A stretch of 64,000 nt of DNA, taken from assembly GCA_000004985.1 (NCBI GenBank), contig GG738858.1. The stretch is one strand, 5' to 3'. Below the pieces are notes generated by a model. That model was not told the origin of the DNA, ran no database searches, and worked only from the letters and a program-made list of their open reading frames with translations. Positions 34,849 to 46,590 of this stretch are shown here, piece after piece (position 1 is the stretch's first letter; every line of letters starts with the position of its first letter). Source of the DNA: Naegleria gruberi (taxonomy: Eukaryota). The position numbers and the translations under genes are program-made.

Positions 34849-35402
34849 TTTTTTATTAAACCTTCATAATTCGGAGTGCACTTATGTTGTGTTGTAATAA
34901 AATTAATTTATTCTTCAATGTAGTGTTACAACATTTAAGGTTTTATTAAAATAATAAAAAAATATTTAAAAAATGATACAACATGATCAATACTTTCATT
35001 ATTTTGTGTTTCATTTGAATGGTTTATTTAAAGAATTTGAAATATTTTTAATATCTTTTAATTACAATAACATTAACTTATTAGAGGAAGTTGGAAATGA
35101 AAAATTTAGAGAACACAATTATGGCATTTTCAATATTGTTTTGGGGTTTCAAATAGAGCTTGGCATAGGCGAGGATCTAATTGTAGTTATTATGATTTAT
35201 TTAATGGGAATTCGAAGAAGTTATCTGCAGAAGATGAGCTAAGGTTTTGAGTTTTCTTGTTCTTTGGTGTTGGGGATATTGTGATAATTTTTGAGCATGG
35301 AAAACACCGAACCCATATTTTATTTATTATATTTAAGTTTACAATAATGTCTTAGAATTAAACACTACATTACATACGAGTGAGATGAAATACACTCGAT
35401 GA

Positions 35403-35473
35403 GCATTAGTAGTGTAACGGTATCATACCAGCCTTCCAAGCTGGTGACCCGGGTTCGACTCCCGGCTAATGCA
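35403..35473 (+). tRNA. tRNA-Gly (anticodon UCC)
   Basis: 71-nt cloverleaf. Acceptor GCATTAG/CTAATGC. Anticodon arm CCAGC-CTTCCAA-GCTGG, giving TCC. T arm CCCGG-GTTCGAC-TCCCGG, discriminator A. Closely parallels eukaryotic tRNA-Gly-TCC. Confidence 0.85.
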
Positions 35474-35527
35474 TCTCAATTTTAATTTTACAGTCATTCA
35501 ATTAAAATATTGAAATTTTAAAAAAAA

Positions 35528-36868
35528 ATGAGTGAAAATCATGATGAAACATTGACCAACAATTTGCTTGCATCGGAAGATGATGACAAAATGACAACTT
35601 CAACAGTTAATGCTGATAATGGCGGAGAACAACAAGATGATGAATATTTCCAATCTTATTTTGATTGTTCAGTTCATGAATTGATGATAAAGGATAAACC
35701 AAGAACTGATGGTTATTTAAAATCAATTGTGGAGAATGCTCATGTTTTTAAAGATAAAATTGTGATGGGTGAGTGATTTTATATATGAATTTATATTGAA
35801 TTTCATAGATGTTGGTGCTGGAACTGGTATTTTGAGTTTATTTGCTGCTAAATATGGTGGTGCTAAGAAAGTTTATGCTGTGGAAGCAAGTCCTATGGCT
35901 AATTTTACTAAATTATTTGTTGAACATAATGGATTGCAAGATGTGATTGAAGTTATTCATGGAAGAGTTGAGGAAATTGTTCTTCCTGTTGAAAAGGTTG
36001 ATATTATTATTAGTGAATGGATGGGATTCTACTTGTTACATGAGGTGAGTGGTTTTGGAGTTTGTGAATTTAAAAATGATTGAAATTGTTCTTCTTAATG
36101 CTTCAAATTATTGCAAATTTTAATGGAAAATTATGGAAAATTACGATGAAATGGAAAATGTTATTTAATTAGGGTATGCTCGACTCTGTTCTCTATGCTA
36201 GAGACAAGTATTTAAATCAAGATGGTTTACTATTCCCTCAAAAGGCCATTATTTACATGAGTCCATGTGAAATGAATAATTTATACAAGGAAAAGGTTAA
36301 TTTCTGGGAAGATGTTTATGGATTTGATATGAGTGCAATCATGTCTATGGCCATGTATGAAATTTCCTTAAAACCAAAGGTTGACATTATTTCACCTTCT
36401 CAACTTTTGCTTAAAAATCCAATTGTTGTGAAGGAATTGGATTTGGGTAAAATTACTGTTGATGATTTGAAATATATTGATTGTGAATGTCACATTACTC
36501 TGGATAATATCACTGATGAAGAAGCTCAAACACATGTTCATGGATTTTGTGTATGGTTCGATGTTGTTTTTGAACCAAACAAGGTCATTCTCTCAACTAG
36601 TCCAGCTGCTCCACCAACTCACTGGAAACAAACAATTATTATGCTTCCTCAAGCTATGACCATTCCAGCTTCCAAGAAAATCCCAAAGACTACTCTTGTC
36701 ATGACACCAAGTGATGAAAATCCAAGACATTACGATTTGTCACTCGATATTCCAGATGCTTTCAAAGAAGATTTTGAAGATGACGAAATGGATCTCAAAG
36801 ATATTATTATGAATCAATACGCAGCAGAAATGGAAGATGTTGATGAGGAACAAGAAGAACAAGAATAA
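35528..36868 (+). CDS. Protein arginine N-methyltransferase, type I PRMT1-like. Exons 35528..35768, 35809..36044, 36173..36868.
   Basis: [24 protein letters not shown] (the YFxxY and 'double-E' region context). Motif I, spliced across the intron, reads KIVM|[10 protein letters not shown]. Also [11 protein letters not shown]|[14 protein letters not shown] and the THW loop (PPTHWKQT). All introns keep the frame (gtgagt donors). Confidence 0.8.
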
Positions 36869-36943
36869 ATAGATTCTGTCTGTTGAACAGTCAAGTAAGG
36901 CTCAAGCCCAAAAAGTGGTTATTATTATCAAAATTTTGTTGGT

Positions 36944-38964
36944 TTATTGGAATTTACTCAAATTGGAATATATTTCAGACTGAGAAATAAGAGCTTTGGA
37001 CAAATCTAGAGTGTCAGATTGGTTATTATTGTCAGTTGAGCTTAGAGAAGAAGAATTAGGGATGAATGGATTTGTTTGTTGTTGGAATGTACTATTGTTG
37101 TTGTTGTTGCCTATTGTTGAATAATAATTCTGGAGATAGTTATTTTGAGGTGTCATATTATTCATATTGTTCACTTGTTGGTTTTGATAGTAGGTAGTAG
37201 TTGGGTTATTATTGTTGTTATTTGTCATTACGCCTCTATTGATGATGGCCAACAAATTATTGTATGCATTATCTCCACCATTATTTGGTACGTAATTACC
37301 ATTATTAAAGTAGAATTGTTGAGCATTTTGTTGAGTTGGAGCATTATTGAATGTAAAGTTTTGATTATTTACAGGAGAGTTGATGAAGGTATTATTGTTT
37401 GGATAGGTAGGTGTCATTTGCATGTTTTGAGGTGGTGGAGATACATCATTCATCTTTCTCTTCTTTCTATCAATTTCAATAGCATTCACTTGATGTTGCA
37501 CGAAATTGTAATTCATGTTACCCATATTTGAAGTGTTTGGCATACTATTTCCATATTGGTTATTAGTGAACATGTTTGGCTGTTGAACATTTTTCATATC
37601 CATTTGTTGTTGTTGTTGTGGATACAAATTATTATTGTTGAGAGTAACATGTTCTACGCTTCTCATCTTTCTCTTTCCATTAGAGTTGTCAACTTGCATT
37701 TGTTGTTGTGATTGATTCATAATAATTGGAACACCATTATTATTTGTAACAATTGTAGTTGGAGTAGAATTCTGAGAAGAAGAACCACCCTTAACTTGTG
37801 ATCCTCTTCTTTGTGGAGTTTTACCATTGTGCACAACTGATCGCATTTGTCCCATGATGGCACCACTCTTAACATGTGTATTGGTAATCACTTGATTGTG
37901 GAATGTAATTGAGTTGTTTTCAGAACCTTCTGATTCTTGCATGGTATCTGAATTGTTATCGAAATTACCAGAAACTGCACATTTTGGATCCATTTTGATT
38001 TGTTGGATTTGCTTTTCAACATTGGTAATATCATTCTTCATGGTCATGATTCTATTCTCAACATTTTGTCTTTTAAGTGGATCGATAATAACTTTGCTTT
38101 GTTTCAACAACTTTTCAAGTAAAATATTCTTCTCATTAATTTTAGATTTCAAACTAAAGTAAAGTTAGTGAGAGGAGGATAAACATGTATTGAATGGCAT
38201 GCTATTACTTACGATTGTATCTTTCTGTATGGCCATCTTGGAATACCAACAGCTGTTTACAAATCCAATACAAAACGGTTCATTATTCCAAAAAGTATTA
38301 AAGTTGACAAATTTAGAAAAGTAATTTTCACAAGGGGAAATTAATAATTGTAACCATGACACAACACGGGAAAATACTTACTTCTACAAACTCTCTTCAG
38401 TTGAGTCAATGAAATATTCAGCATGGCAGCCACATTCTTGATTGGAGTCTCAAAGTGAGGTCTCAACTGATCAACCGTAAATGTGATTGGAGTATATATG
38501 TTCTTAGCAGAATTCTCTTGATCATTAGGTGAGTTATTCTTTACTTCCTTCTTATTATTTTGCTTTTGTTCAATTGTAGCAGTACTTGTAATATTATTGT
38601 GGTTGAGTAACATGTGATCGATGAGTTCATGTGAAGGCATGTGAGATGGTATTATTGCATGTTGATGATGATGAATACTGCTGCTATTACTACTATCCAT
38701 ATCAACTACATGATCATTCACTGAACCATTGTTAGTACTTGATAAAAATTGATTAGGAAAACCTTCATTAGCCAAATCCATAATTTGAAAATCAATTCCC
38801 TCGAGAGCTTCATCTAAACACTGTTGATGAGTATTAATTGTCTGACTATTACTATTATTTGAGTTCATAATCAAATTAGAAAAGGAATTGAGTGAATTAT
38901 CCAAAGATGACGAATCCTCCATGCCACTATGAAAATTGTTTACATGAAATTGATTTTGTTGCAT
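36944..38964 (-). CDS. RWP-RK domain transcription factor, Asn/Gln-rich. Mapped exons (minus strand): 38392..38964, a 40-nt mini-exon 38213..38252, and 36944..38153.
   Basis: The spliced product reads …FETPIKNVAAMLNISLTQLKRVCR|TVGIPRWPYRKIQ|SLKSKINEKNILLEKLLKQ. This is the RWP-RK signature (LKxxCRxxGIxRWPxRK) followed by the usual leucine-zipper-like helix. Donors are gtaagt and acceptors are ag, with phases consistent. Probable additional 5' exons are listed separately. Confidence 0.7.
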
Positions 38965-39126
38965 GGTTGACGTTAGGCTATTATTATGATTGAAATGTTG
39001 TTGTTGTTGCTGATTATGGCTTGTATTACCTAGACAATTATTACCAACAGTATTATTATTATTAGTAGTATTGATAGTATTGATAGATTATTATTATTAG
39101 AAGTAGTTAATGTTGTATTATTATTA

Positions 39127-40273
39127 TTATTCATAGAAAGGCTTGTTACTGGTGTTTGATGATGATGATGACAATGCGGCAGTAGCATTACCAATAACAG
39201 TACTGCTGTTGTTGTTGCTGTTGCTGTTATTACTACCTACAACAACATTACCTGAATGTTGTTGATAAGAGTTTGATTGCGCGCTCATCAATAACTGGTG
39301 ATGTTGTTGTTGTTGTGGAGATTGGAAAGATTGAGTGGTGGAGGAGGTAGTTGAGTGGTTTTTTCCATATTCTTGTTCAAAGGCAATAGATGACTTTTCT
39401 GAGAGAATCAAATGATGTTGTGGTTGGTTATTGTTGAGGAGAGGACCTTCAATCAGTACAAGATTGTTACTGGAGGATGAATTAAAGAATGGATGATGAT
39501 GTTGCATGAGAATGGAATGTTGTTGATTAGCAGTAGCAGAACTGGTAGTAGTTGAATTGTTGTTATTATTATTATTATTATTGGATGGTGAATTTGTTGT
39601 CATTGATTGTTGTTGATGATGATTAACATGTGATAATGATGATGATGAGGAAGAGGCTTGATTTGATCGATTTCTTATAATATTATTATTGGCCAATTCA
39701 GCTGTTGCAACTGCAGTTGTTGTGAGGTTATTAGTGGTGGAGACAATTTTTCTTCTTCTTCTACTTGTTGCGAATCTTTTTCTAATAGAGCAATGTCAAT
39801 AATGAATGGAATGATTGAGTATTGTGAGAAGTAGTAGTAATGGAGGTATTTTGTGTAGCTGATGCTGATGGTAGTGCTTGTGCGTTAATATTATCGGTTG
39901 CAGAGAGACTAGTTAAACCAGAAAAAGTATCTATTCTCTCAGATGGGATTGTTTTGCGTTCAATTTTTGACAAATGACTGCCAGAATGAGAGTTGTAATT
40001 TAATCCTTGTGTAGTGAATGTAGAGGAATTTCTGGATTGTTGGTGCGATGCGGTATGTGCTTCTGATGGGTAAGTGTCGCTCACTGTCATTCCATCAATG
40101 GAATATGAGTGCCATGAAGGTTGACCAAAATTTTGATATTGCTGAATACTTTGGGAATTAATGTGCATGTTGAAATCTGTATTGTTATCCTCAGTTTCAA
40201 ATGGGTACATATCGGTTGTTTCTTTGGTTAAATTCCTGATAAGGTTTCGGTTTGTTTCGTTCGGATTATTCAT
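39127..40273 (-). CDS. Probable upstream N-terminal exons of the RWP-RK gene. Two ORF segments, 39782..40273 and 39127..39696, of poly-N/Q/S low complexity.
   Basis: Same strand, no intervening stop-rich gap, and there is a 1.2-kb ORF-free upstream region (40274..41543) typical of a TF promoter. The exon joins were not resolved. Confidence 0.25.
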
Positions 40274-41543
40274 GTGTTTAGGATTAGATTTTCTTCAAAT
40301 TAAATTACTTGTTATTATTAATCTATGTTAAAGATATAAATGTTGATATCAAAATGTGGAAAGAGTTGGTTTCGAATACTACTTTCCAATAACTATCGTT
40401 GTATTGAACTGTTTTTCTATGATTTGTTTTGAATGTTGACTGTAGTAACACAGATTGCAGGAGGATCAAAATCTTTGTGAAATTCGAGTCAATCCAGTAG
40501 GTACGACCTGATTCTTGTTTGTGGAAGAATTAAACAAATCAGGAACTGGTGTTAGAAACAAGTTTTAGATTTCTGTTGTTTTTTTTGAATGCACTCTCAA
40601 CAAGGTAAAATATCTTGTAATTAAAATGTGGTGCGTCTCTGTTTGATTATTGTTGAGTTGGCATGACTCAAGTGCGGATGGAAACTAAACAATTCGAATA
40701 AAATGAAGAACAACATGAAAGAAAGGTTGGATGAGACGCCATCATTGTGAAATTTAAACAAATTGTATTGCATAAATTTACTCAAAAAGGGTTATTGTAT
40801 GACAAGTGGAATGAACTATCACTGAGATTAGTTTGGATTCTCTTTTTTAAGATTACCGGCTTCTTGTTAGGAATTTGGATGATAAATTGTCTTATTGTAT
40901 CAAGTCTAATTAATTGGTCATGAATGCAGTTCATTTTCATATATGAAAAATGTTTCTTGACAAGGGGTTTCAGTTACAGTTTCTGTTTCTTCACATTGTT
41001 ACAATACGTGATAATATATTTAAACCTAGTCTTGTTTGGTTCACAGCTTTATCAAGTCAAGGCTCTCTATTTTCATATTTATGGCCCTCAAATTAGTTTC
41101 GGTGATTTTACTTGCCTTCCTTATCATGATTTACAATTCATAGTGGCAGTTGACTGGATGATTATCCTTCATTACTGTAGCACGGTGTTATCGAAATTTT
41201 AATTGTAGTGTACCAGGTTAATGTGTCCACACTACATTTCAATAATTAACAATTGGTAATGTGGTTTGTAACATTGGTGGCCGCTCTCACAAAAAGTACA
41301 TTGTTATGTTTTTGATATTAGTTGCGTTGAGGCTTGAAAAAGACTTACTTTTATTGGACGATGATTACGAAGGGTTTTTAATATTGTAACTTTTGTACAA
41401 ATCAGATTCTTCTCTGAGGTCTTTATTTGAAAGATTTCGGTGCGCAGGTTTCGTTCTGTGCTGTGTTGCACATGTGGCATAATTTATATTTGTTTCTTGC
41501 TTAATTTGAGAAATTATAATTTATTTTTGATGTTTGAATGCAT

Positions 41544-42930
41544 TTAGAATGAATTATCTTCATCTACAGTTTTTGGTGTTTCAGATTGAGGAGTAGTGGT
41601 TGTTTCGTCTACAGTTTTTGGTGTTGTTTCAGTTTCCAAATTTGGTGTTGTTTCAGAAGGTGTGGTGGTTGGCTTAGTTTCTTCTTTAACATTTTCAGAT
41701 AAAACCTCTTGTGGAGTTTCTGGTTTTGGAGTTTCAACAAGCTTTTCAGAAGATGGTTCAGTAACTTGTGGAGATTGAGTTTCTTCTTCTTCCTTAAGAG
41801 TGGTCAATTCAGTAATGGTCTTTTTTGGATCTCTTTCACGATTATATGGTTTGAAATGATACTTTGTCAAAAGGCATGAACCAATACTTTGGAATCTGGA
41901 AGAAATAAATGTTTGATCTGTTTCAACATTAATCTTGAAAACATCCTCATTATTTTCAAAGATTGAAATCATGGTATTGAATGCATGTGAATAAGTAGTG
42001 TCAGGTCTATTTTGTGAATATTCCTTAAGAGTCTTTTCAATAAGCATGTCAAATAATTGGTCACTTTTAACTTTCTTACTAACTTTGCTATTTCCTAAAC
42101 AATCCACTCTGTAAGCTAAATTTTCAAGATGATCCTTTGCAATATTTGCAAATTTATAACCCAAAATTCCAGTACTATCATTACGAACACAAACTTGATT
42201 ATCATGAACAATGTAATTTGGTGAAATACATGATTGAATTGAAAATAGAGAACATTCGGCATTTCTTGGACATTGTTGACATGGATACCAAGAATATTCT
42301 TCATTATTTTAAATTATTGAATATTTTAAAAAACATGTTGAAGTTGAATTTTAAAATTCGAATAGTATTTAAAAAATCACACCAAAAGGTCATTTTCAAT
42401 AAATTCATTAAAAATAAATTCCAAACACTTTCGAATAAAAGAAACATACCATTACAATAAGGTCTATTTGATGAAACAAACAAAATTGCAACCACAGCAA
42501 CAACAATTAACAAAATGGTTGAAATTTTCGAATTGGTAGATTTAGCATCATCAGAAACATCCTTCATTTGCTTGACTAATTTAGTCAACTCAATCACAGT
42601 TGCACTTTGTGATTCTCTCCTAGCAATAAACGCAGCTTTTCTCGGAGTAAAGCTTGGAGTTGAACGACTATCAGGAATATCTTCTTCATCATCAAAAATT
42701 GCTGATTTTTCATGGATTAAATCTTCTTCTTCGTCTGTATCGTGAAGATCCATCATTTCATCAACTTTGGCAATTTCTTCATCCGGAATTTCTTCAATTT
42801 CTTGTTGTTGGCCAATTTGTAAGAATTGATTAAAGGACAAGTCAGAAATTTCTTGATAAATTATTGCTGGCTTGCTTTTTGATGGGGTTTTGAAGGGACT
42901 GCCAAAATCATAGCTAGTTGATGATGACAT
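41544..42930 (-). CDS. Single-pass membrane protein of unknown function. Exons 42450..42930 and 41544..42298.
   Basis: An acidic cytosolic N-terminus, then a TM helix (ISTILLIVVAVVAILFV). After a 151-nt AT-rich intron (gtatgt donor) comes a Cys-containing domain (YSWYPCQQCPRNAECSLFSIQSCISPNY…) and a Thr/Pro/Glu-rich tail. The frame was verified across the junction. Confidence 0.5.
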
Positions 42931-43165
42931 TTTTTTATTTGTTGTTTTTTAACGGTTGGCAGGTGATTGGTGGGAAAGTGTGCACTCATTTGACAAGAAG
43001 TGTCCTATTATGTTTGATCTTTGAGCTTACGGAAAATCATTTACTTTTTTCATAAATTAGTTTAATTTCACACTTGGATTAGTATAGCTTAACACGAAAG
43101 TAAATAAAAACTTTCTTCATTTTCAATATTTAATTTTTATATGAATTTTTTTAAATTTAAAAAAA

Positions 43166-44242
43166 ATGCCAATTTCTGATAAAGCCTATTTGGCCAAGTA
43201 TTTGAAACCTGCTACTGGTAGCAGTGGATCTTCTGATTCTTGGATGGAGGAAAAGAAGAGAAAGGTTGAGAAGGATTCAAAGATTATTATTCCAAAGTCT
43301 TACGGAAGGGCTGATTCCGATGAGGAAGATGATGATCAAGTGGATGATGAACAGGAAGTGATGAATCAAGTTGGAGAAAAGGGTTCAACTGGCTCTTCTT
43401 CCGAACCATTAGAAAATCAATTAAAGAGGAAAAGACATGATAGTGATGATGAGGATGAGGATTTATCACCTGTGAGAGAACCTGTAGTAAATAGGAATGA
43501 TGCACCTTCAAAGAGGAGACATGATAGTGATGATGATGAGGATTTGTCTCCTCCTAGGCCATCAAAAGAATCAGTTGTACAGAAAAAGAGGCATGATAGT
43601 GACGATGAGGATTTGTCTCCTGTTAGAGAGCCTGTTACGAAGAGAAGACACGACAGTGATGATGATTTGTCTCCTGTGAGAGGTTCTACACGTTCGGAAG
43701 CAAAAAGTGATGCACACAGTACAGCAAAAGAAACTAGTGAAAATCAAACTGTCTACAGACATCCTGAAACAAAGAAAATTATTACTTTTGAGGAATATTC
43801 AGAACTCATGAAAAAGAAAAAGAGACAAACAAAAAAGATTACACAAAATGAAATTACATGGGCTAAAGGATTAAAACAGCAGGAGGAACGTCAAGAAATG
43901 ATATCAGAGTTTGATTCTATCAAGAGTGGTGAATATAAACCAATTTATGAAACAGATTCTTCATACAATCAACTATTGAAAGAACAATTAAAAGAAGAAG
44001 ATCCAATGGCCAGATTAATTACTGAAAAAAAGAAAAACCAACAAGATTCTAAAAAGTCAAAAACCAAAAAGAAGAAATTCTATGATGGTCCACATCCTGA
44101 AAATAGATTTAATATCAAGCCTGGTTGGAGATGGGATGGTGTAGATAGAAGTAACGGATTTGAAAATCAATATTTCAAACATATGAACAATGTTAAAGAC
44201 AGAGAAGATAGAGAATTTTTGTGGAGTAATGCTGATTTATAA
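43166..44242 (+). CDS. BUD13: BUD13 homologue (RES complex splicing factor)
   Basis: The C-terminal signature is NRFNIKPGWRWDGVDRSNGFE. The N-terminal half has tandem (K)RRHDSDDEDLSPVREPV repeats (x4), as in metazoan BUD13. Confidence 0.8.
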   Translation: MPISDKAYLAKYLKPATGSSGSSDSWMEEKKRKVEKDSKIIIPKSYGRADSDEEDDDQVDDEQEVMNQVGEKGSTGSSSEPLENQLKRKRHDSDDEDEDLSPVREPVVNRNDAPSKRRHDSDDDEDLSPPRPSKESVVQKKRHDSDDEDLSPVREPVTKRRHDSDDDLSPVRGSTRSEAKSDAHSTAKETSENQTVYRHPETKKIITFEEYSELMKKKKRQTKKITQNEITWAKGLKQQEERQEMISEFDSIKSGEYKPIYETDSSYNQLLKEQLKEEDPMARLITEKKKNQQDSKKSKTKKKKFYDGPHPENRFNIKPGWRWDGVDRSNGFENQYFKHMNNVKDREDREFLWSNADL

Positions 44243-44243
44243 C

Positions 44244-46190
44244 TTAGTTCTTTGTTGGAATATTTCTTGCGAATACTGCATATTGTCCATAGACATTAGT
44301 TTTAGTACTATAATGTGGAATATAGAAAGATCTAATGAAAGCTGGAGATTGATTAGTGTCCAAGAATGGAGCACTAGAAATAACTCTCCACTTATCTGAC
44401 TTGGAGTATGTTTCTTCTTGTTGATCTGGAATTTCAAAATCTACAATATAATGACATTTGCTTTCAGGAATATATCTGTCCATTTCTTCACGATTTTCAT
44501 CATTCATAGTTGTTGGAATAGAAGATGTTGGCTCAACCTCTGCAAAATATTTTGGAAGTAAACCAGAGAATCCTGACTTTAAAAATCTAATTCTTACATC
44601 GAACTTATTTGATGATGGTAAAAAGAATGAGGATGGGAATCTATACCATTCCTTACCAACACAAACATTAACTGGAATATTGGTCTTATTCATTGGAGCT
44701 GATTTTTCAAGTGTTAAAAGTTCTGCATGGAGATCAGCATAAACCTTGAGAGGTGCTTGGAAATTTCTAACATTAGCAATTGATCTTGAGAGACCAAGAA
44801 CTACAATGGCAATTACAATGAGAATGGCCAAAAGTAAAGAAATAGTTGATCTTTTAACACCAACAGCACCCATCTTGTGGTCATCAATACGTTGGAGAGG
44901 TTCATCATTGTAATCACGGAGAACTGCAAGTGTAACATCAGCAGCACCACCCTTGAAAATAAGCATGTCAATAATTCTCAAAAACATTTCAATTGTAATT
45001 GATGAAGCCAAACAAATGATTGGGTAAATGACATACATGAATCTTTCTTCCTTGTGTGGCAATGAAGAGAAGAAAGTGAACCAAATGTAAAATGGAGAAA
45101 TGAAAATAATAGATCTATAGTGAATGTACCATCTTTGAGGAGCTCCTAAATAAGCAGTTTGTAATTTAGATGGAAGAGATGAATGCCAACTGTTGGTAAT
45201 AAAATAGTGCAAAAGAGCAATAATTGGTGTAGCTAAAGCAAAGAGGAAAGCAACATTGAAATTCAAAATCAAATTCTTAAAGTAAAAATTCCAAGGTTCA
45301 ACTCCAAACCTTTCACTTCCTTCACCCTTATTGTACAAAACAAGATTGAGTGGAGTAAAGAATAATCTCTTATAATAGTAGAAGTCAACAGCAATGGTAG
45401 CAGCAATAATTACAACACTGATTTGAATAGCAAACTTTAAAGTTCTCCAAAATCCAAATTTGTGAATAGTATCAATAGCAACTGGTAATCCACAAACAAC
45501 ACTGAATGGCCATCCAATAATTACTGAAGATCCAATAAACAAAACACAGAAGAAATATTTAACATATCTTTCACCATCTGTTGTAGCAAGAGAGTACCAA
45601 CTTCCGAAAGCAAACATAATCATATACATTGAGAATGTAGATGGTAAATAGGAAGCTGATGAAATGAAAATACCAGGAGATGCCAACATGGTGACAATTG
45701 TCAACAATGTAATTCTACTTCCGAATCTTTCATAAATTCCCTTTGTGAAAATAGTTTGAGAAAAGGCACAAACAAATGCAAGTCCAATACGAATAGCATA
45801 AAAAACATCAATTGAAGAAGTAAATCCTAACAACATTGCAATTTTTCCTAAAGCTGCATGTCCTAAAATATAAATATATGAACGGAGAGCAAATACTGGA
45901 CTAAATTCCCAAGTTTGCAATCCCTTTCCAAATAATATTAAATGTGTAGGTTCCCAATAATTAAAAGTTTCATCACAATCACTGATCGGCATTAAATAAG
46001 CTGCTAATAAATCAGTCAACAAGTAACAAAAGAAAATATAATTTAAAGCCTTCAAAGGTAATCTATATTCATCGACAGCACTTTCCGTCAGAGAAACATT
46101 TGGTGTTGGTCTCAAGTGAATACCACCAGCATTGGCATTCAAAGTAGGAGCAGATGAGGTTTTGGCGCTTCCTGATGATTTCTTGCCCAT
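44244..46190 (-). CDS. ALG9: Dol-P-Man alpha-1,2-mannosyltransferase ALG9 (GT22 family)
   Basis: The N-terminal signature is FNYWEPTHLILFGKGLQTWEFSPVFALRSY, against ALG9 EVFNYWEPTHYLLYGKGFQTWEYSP. A multipass TM protein of 648 aa, with ATG at 46190. Confidence 0.8.
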   Translation of the reverse strand: MGKKSSGSAKTSSAPTLNANAGGIHLRPTPNVSLTESAVDEYRLPLKALNYIFFCYLLTDLLAAYLMPISDCDETFNYWEPTHLILFGKGLQTWEFSPVFALRSYIYILGHAALGKIAMLLGFTSSIDVFYAIRIGLAFVCAFSQTIFTKGIYERFGSRITLLTIVTMLASPGIFISSASYLPSTFSMYMIMFAFGSWYSLATTDGERYVKYFFCVLFIGSSVIIGWPFSVVCGLPVAIDTIHKFGFWRTLKFAIQISVVIIAATIAVDFYYYKRLFFTPLNLVLYNKGEGSERFGVEPWNFYFKNLILNFNVAFLFALATPIIALLHYFITNSWHSSLPSKLQTAYLGAPQRWYIHYRSIIFISPFYIWFTFFSSLPHKEERFMYVIYPIICLASSITIEMFLRIIDMLIFKGGAADVTLAVLRDYNDEPLQRIDDHKMGAVGVKRSTISLLLAILIVIAIVVLGLSRSIANVRNFQAPLKVYADLHAELLTLEKSAPMNKTNIPVNVCVGKEWYRFPSSFFLPSSNKFDVRIRFLKSGFSGLLPKYFAEVEPTSSIPTTMNDENREEMDRYIPESKCHYIVDFEIPDQQEETYSKSDKWRVISSAPFLDTNQSPAFIRSFYIPHYSTKTNVYGQYAVFARNIPTKN

Positions 46191-46590
46191 TTTTTTAATT
46201 TAACTATTTAAATTCAGTTCCTTGTCTATGCAGTGCGTTTATTTGTACAGACGAGAAAATTGTTCTTATTAGGTTTAAGAAAATACATAAAATATTTATT
46301 AAGTTACCCAATGGAACAGAAGAATATTGAGGTAATATAAATTGTAACAGTTCAACATTAAGTGTGCACATCATTAACAATTATAGAAAATTACAATAGT
46401 TACGCATCTGATGATGCTTTTGCGTTTCAGTCGAGCTGCGAACTAAGTGTTGTACTACACTTGCTGAGTTGGAGTGAAGGTTGATTCAATCAATGCAAAT
46501 TCATTCTTCAATAATTTCCCTCCAAAATTTACTCCCTTAACCGACCTTTCTTAGAAACAAACAAACGTTAAGTTTTAAAATATAAAAAAA

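Noticed and set aside
39000-39130. Possible short tandem repeat/microsatellite (attattattattagtagtattgatagtattgatag…)
   Set aside because: It is imperfect and short. It lies within or adjacent to poly-Asn/Ser coding low complexity of the RWP-RK gene region rather than forming a distinct satellite.
40924-41202. 92-aa ORF in the long ORF-free region upstream of the RWP-RK gene
   Set aside because: The sequence is hydrophobic and low-complexity, with no splice or start context. The region is better explained as promoter/5'UTR of the transcription factor and 3'UTR of the neighbouring gene.
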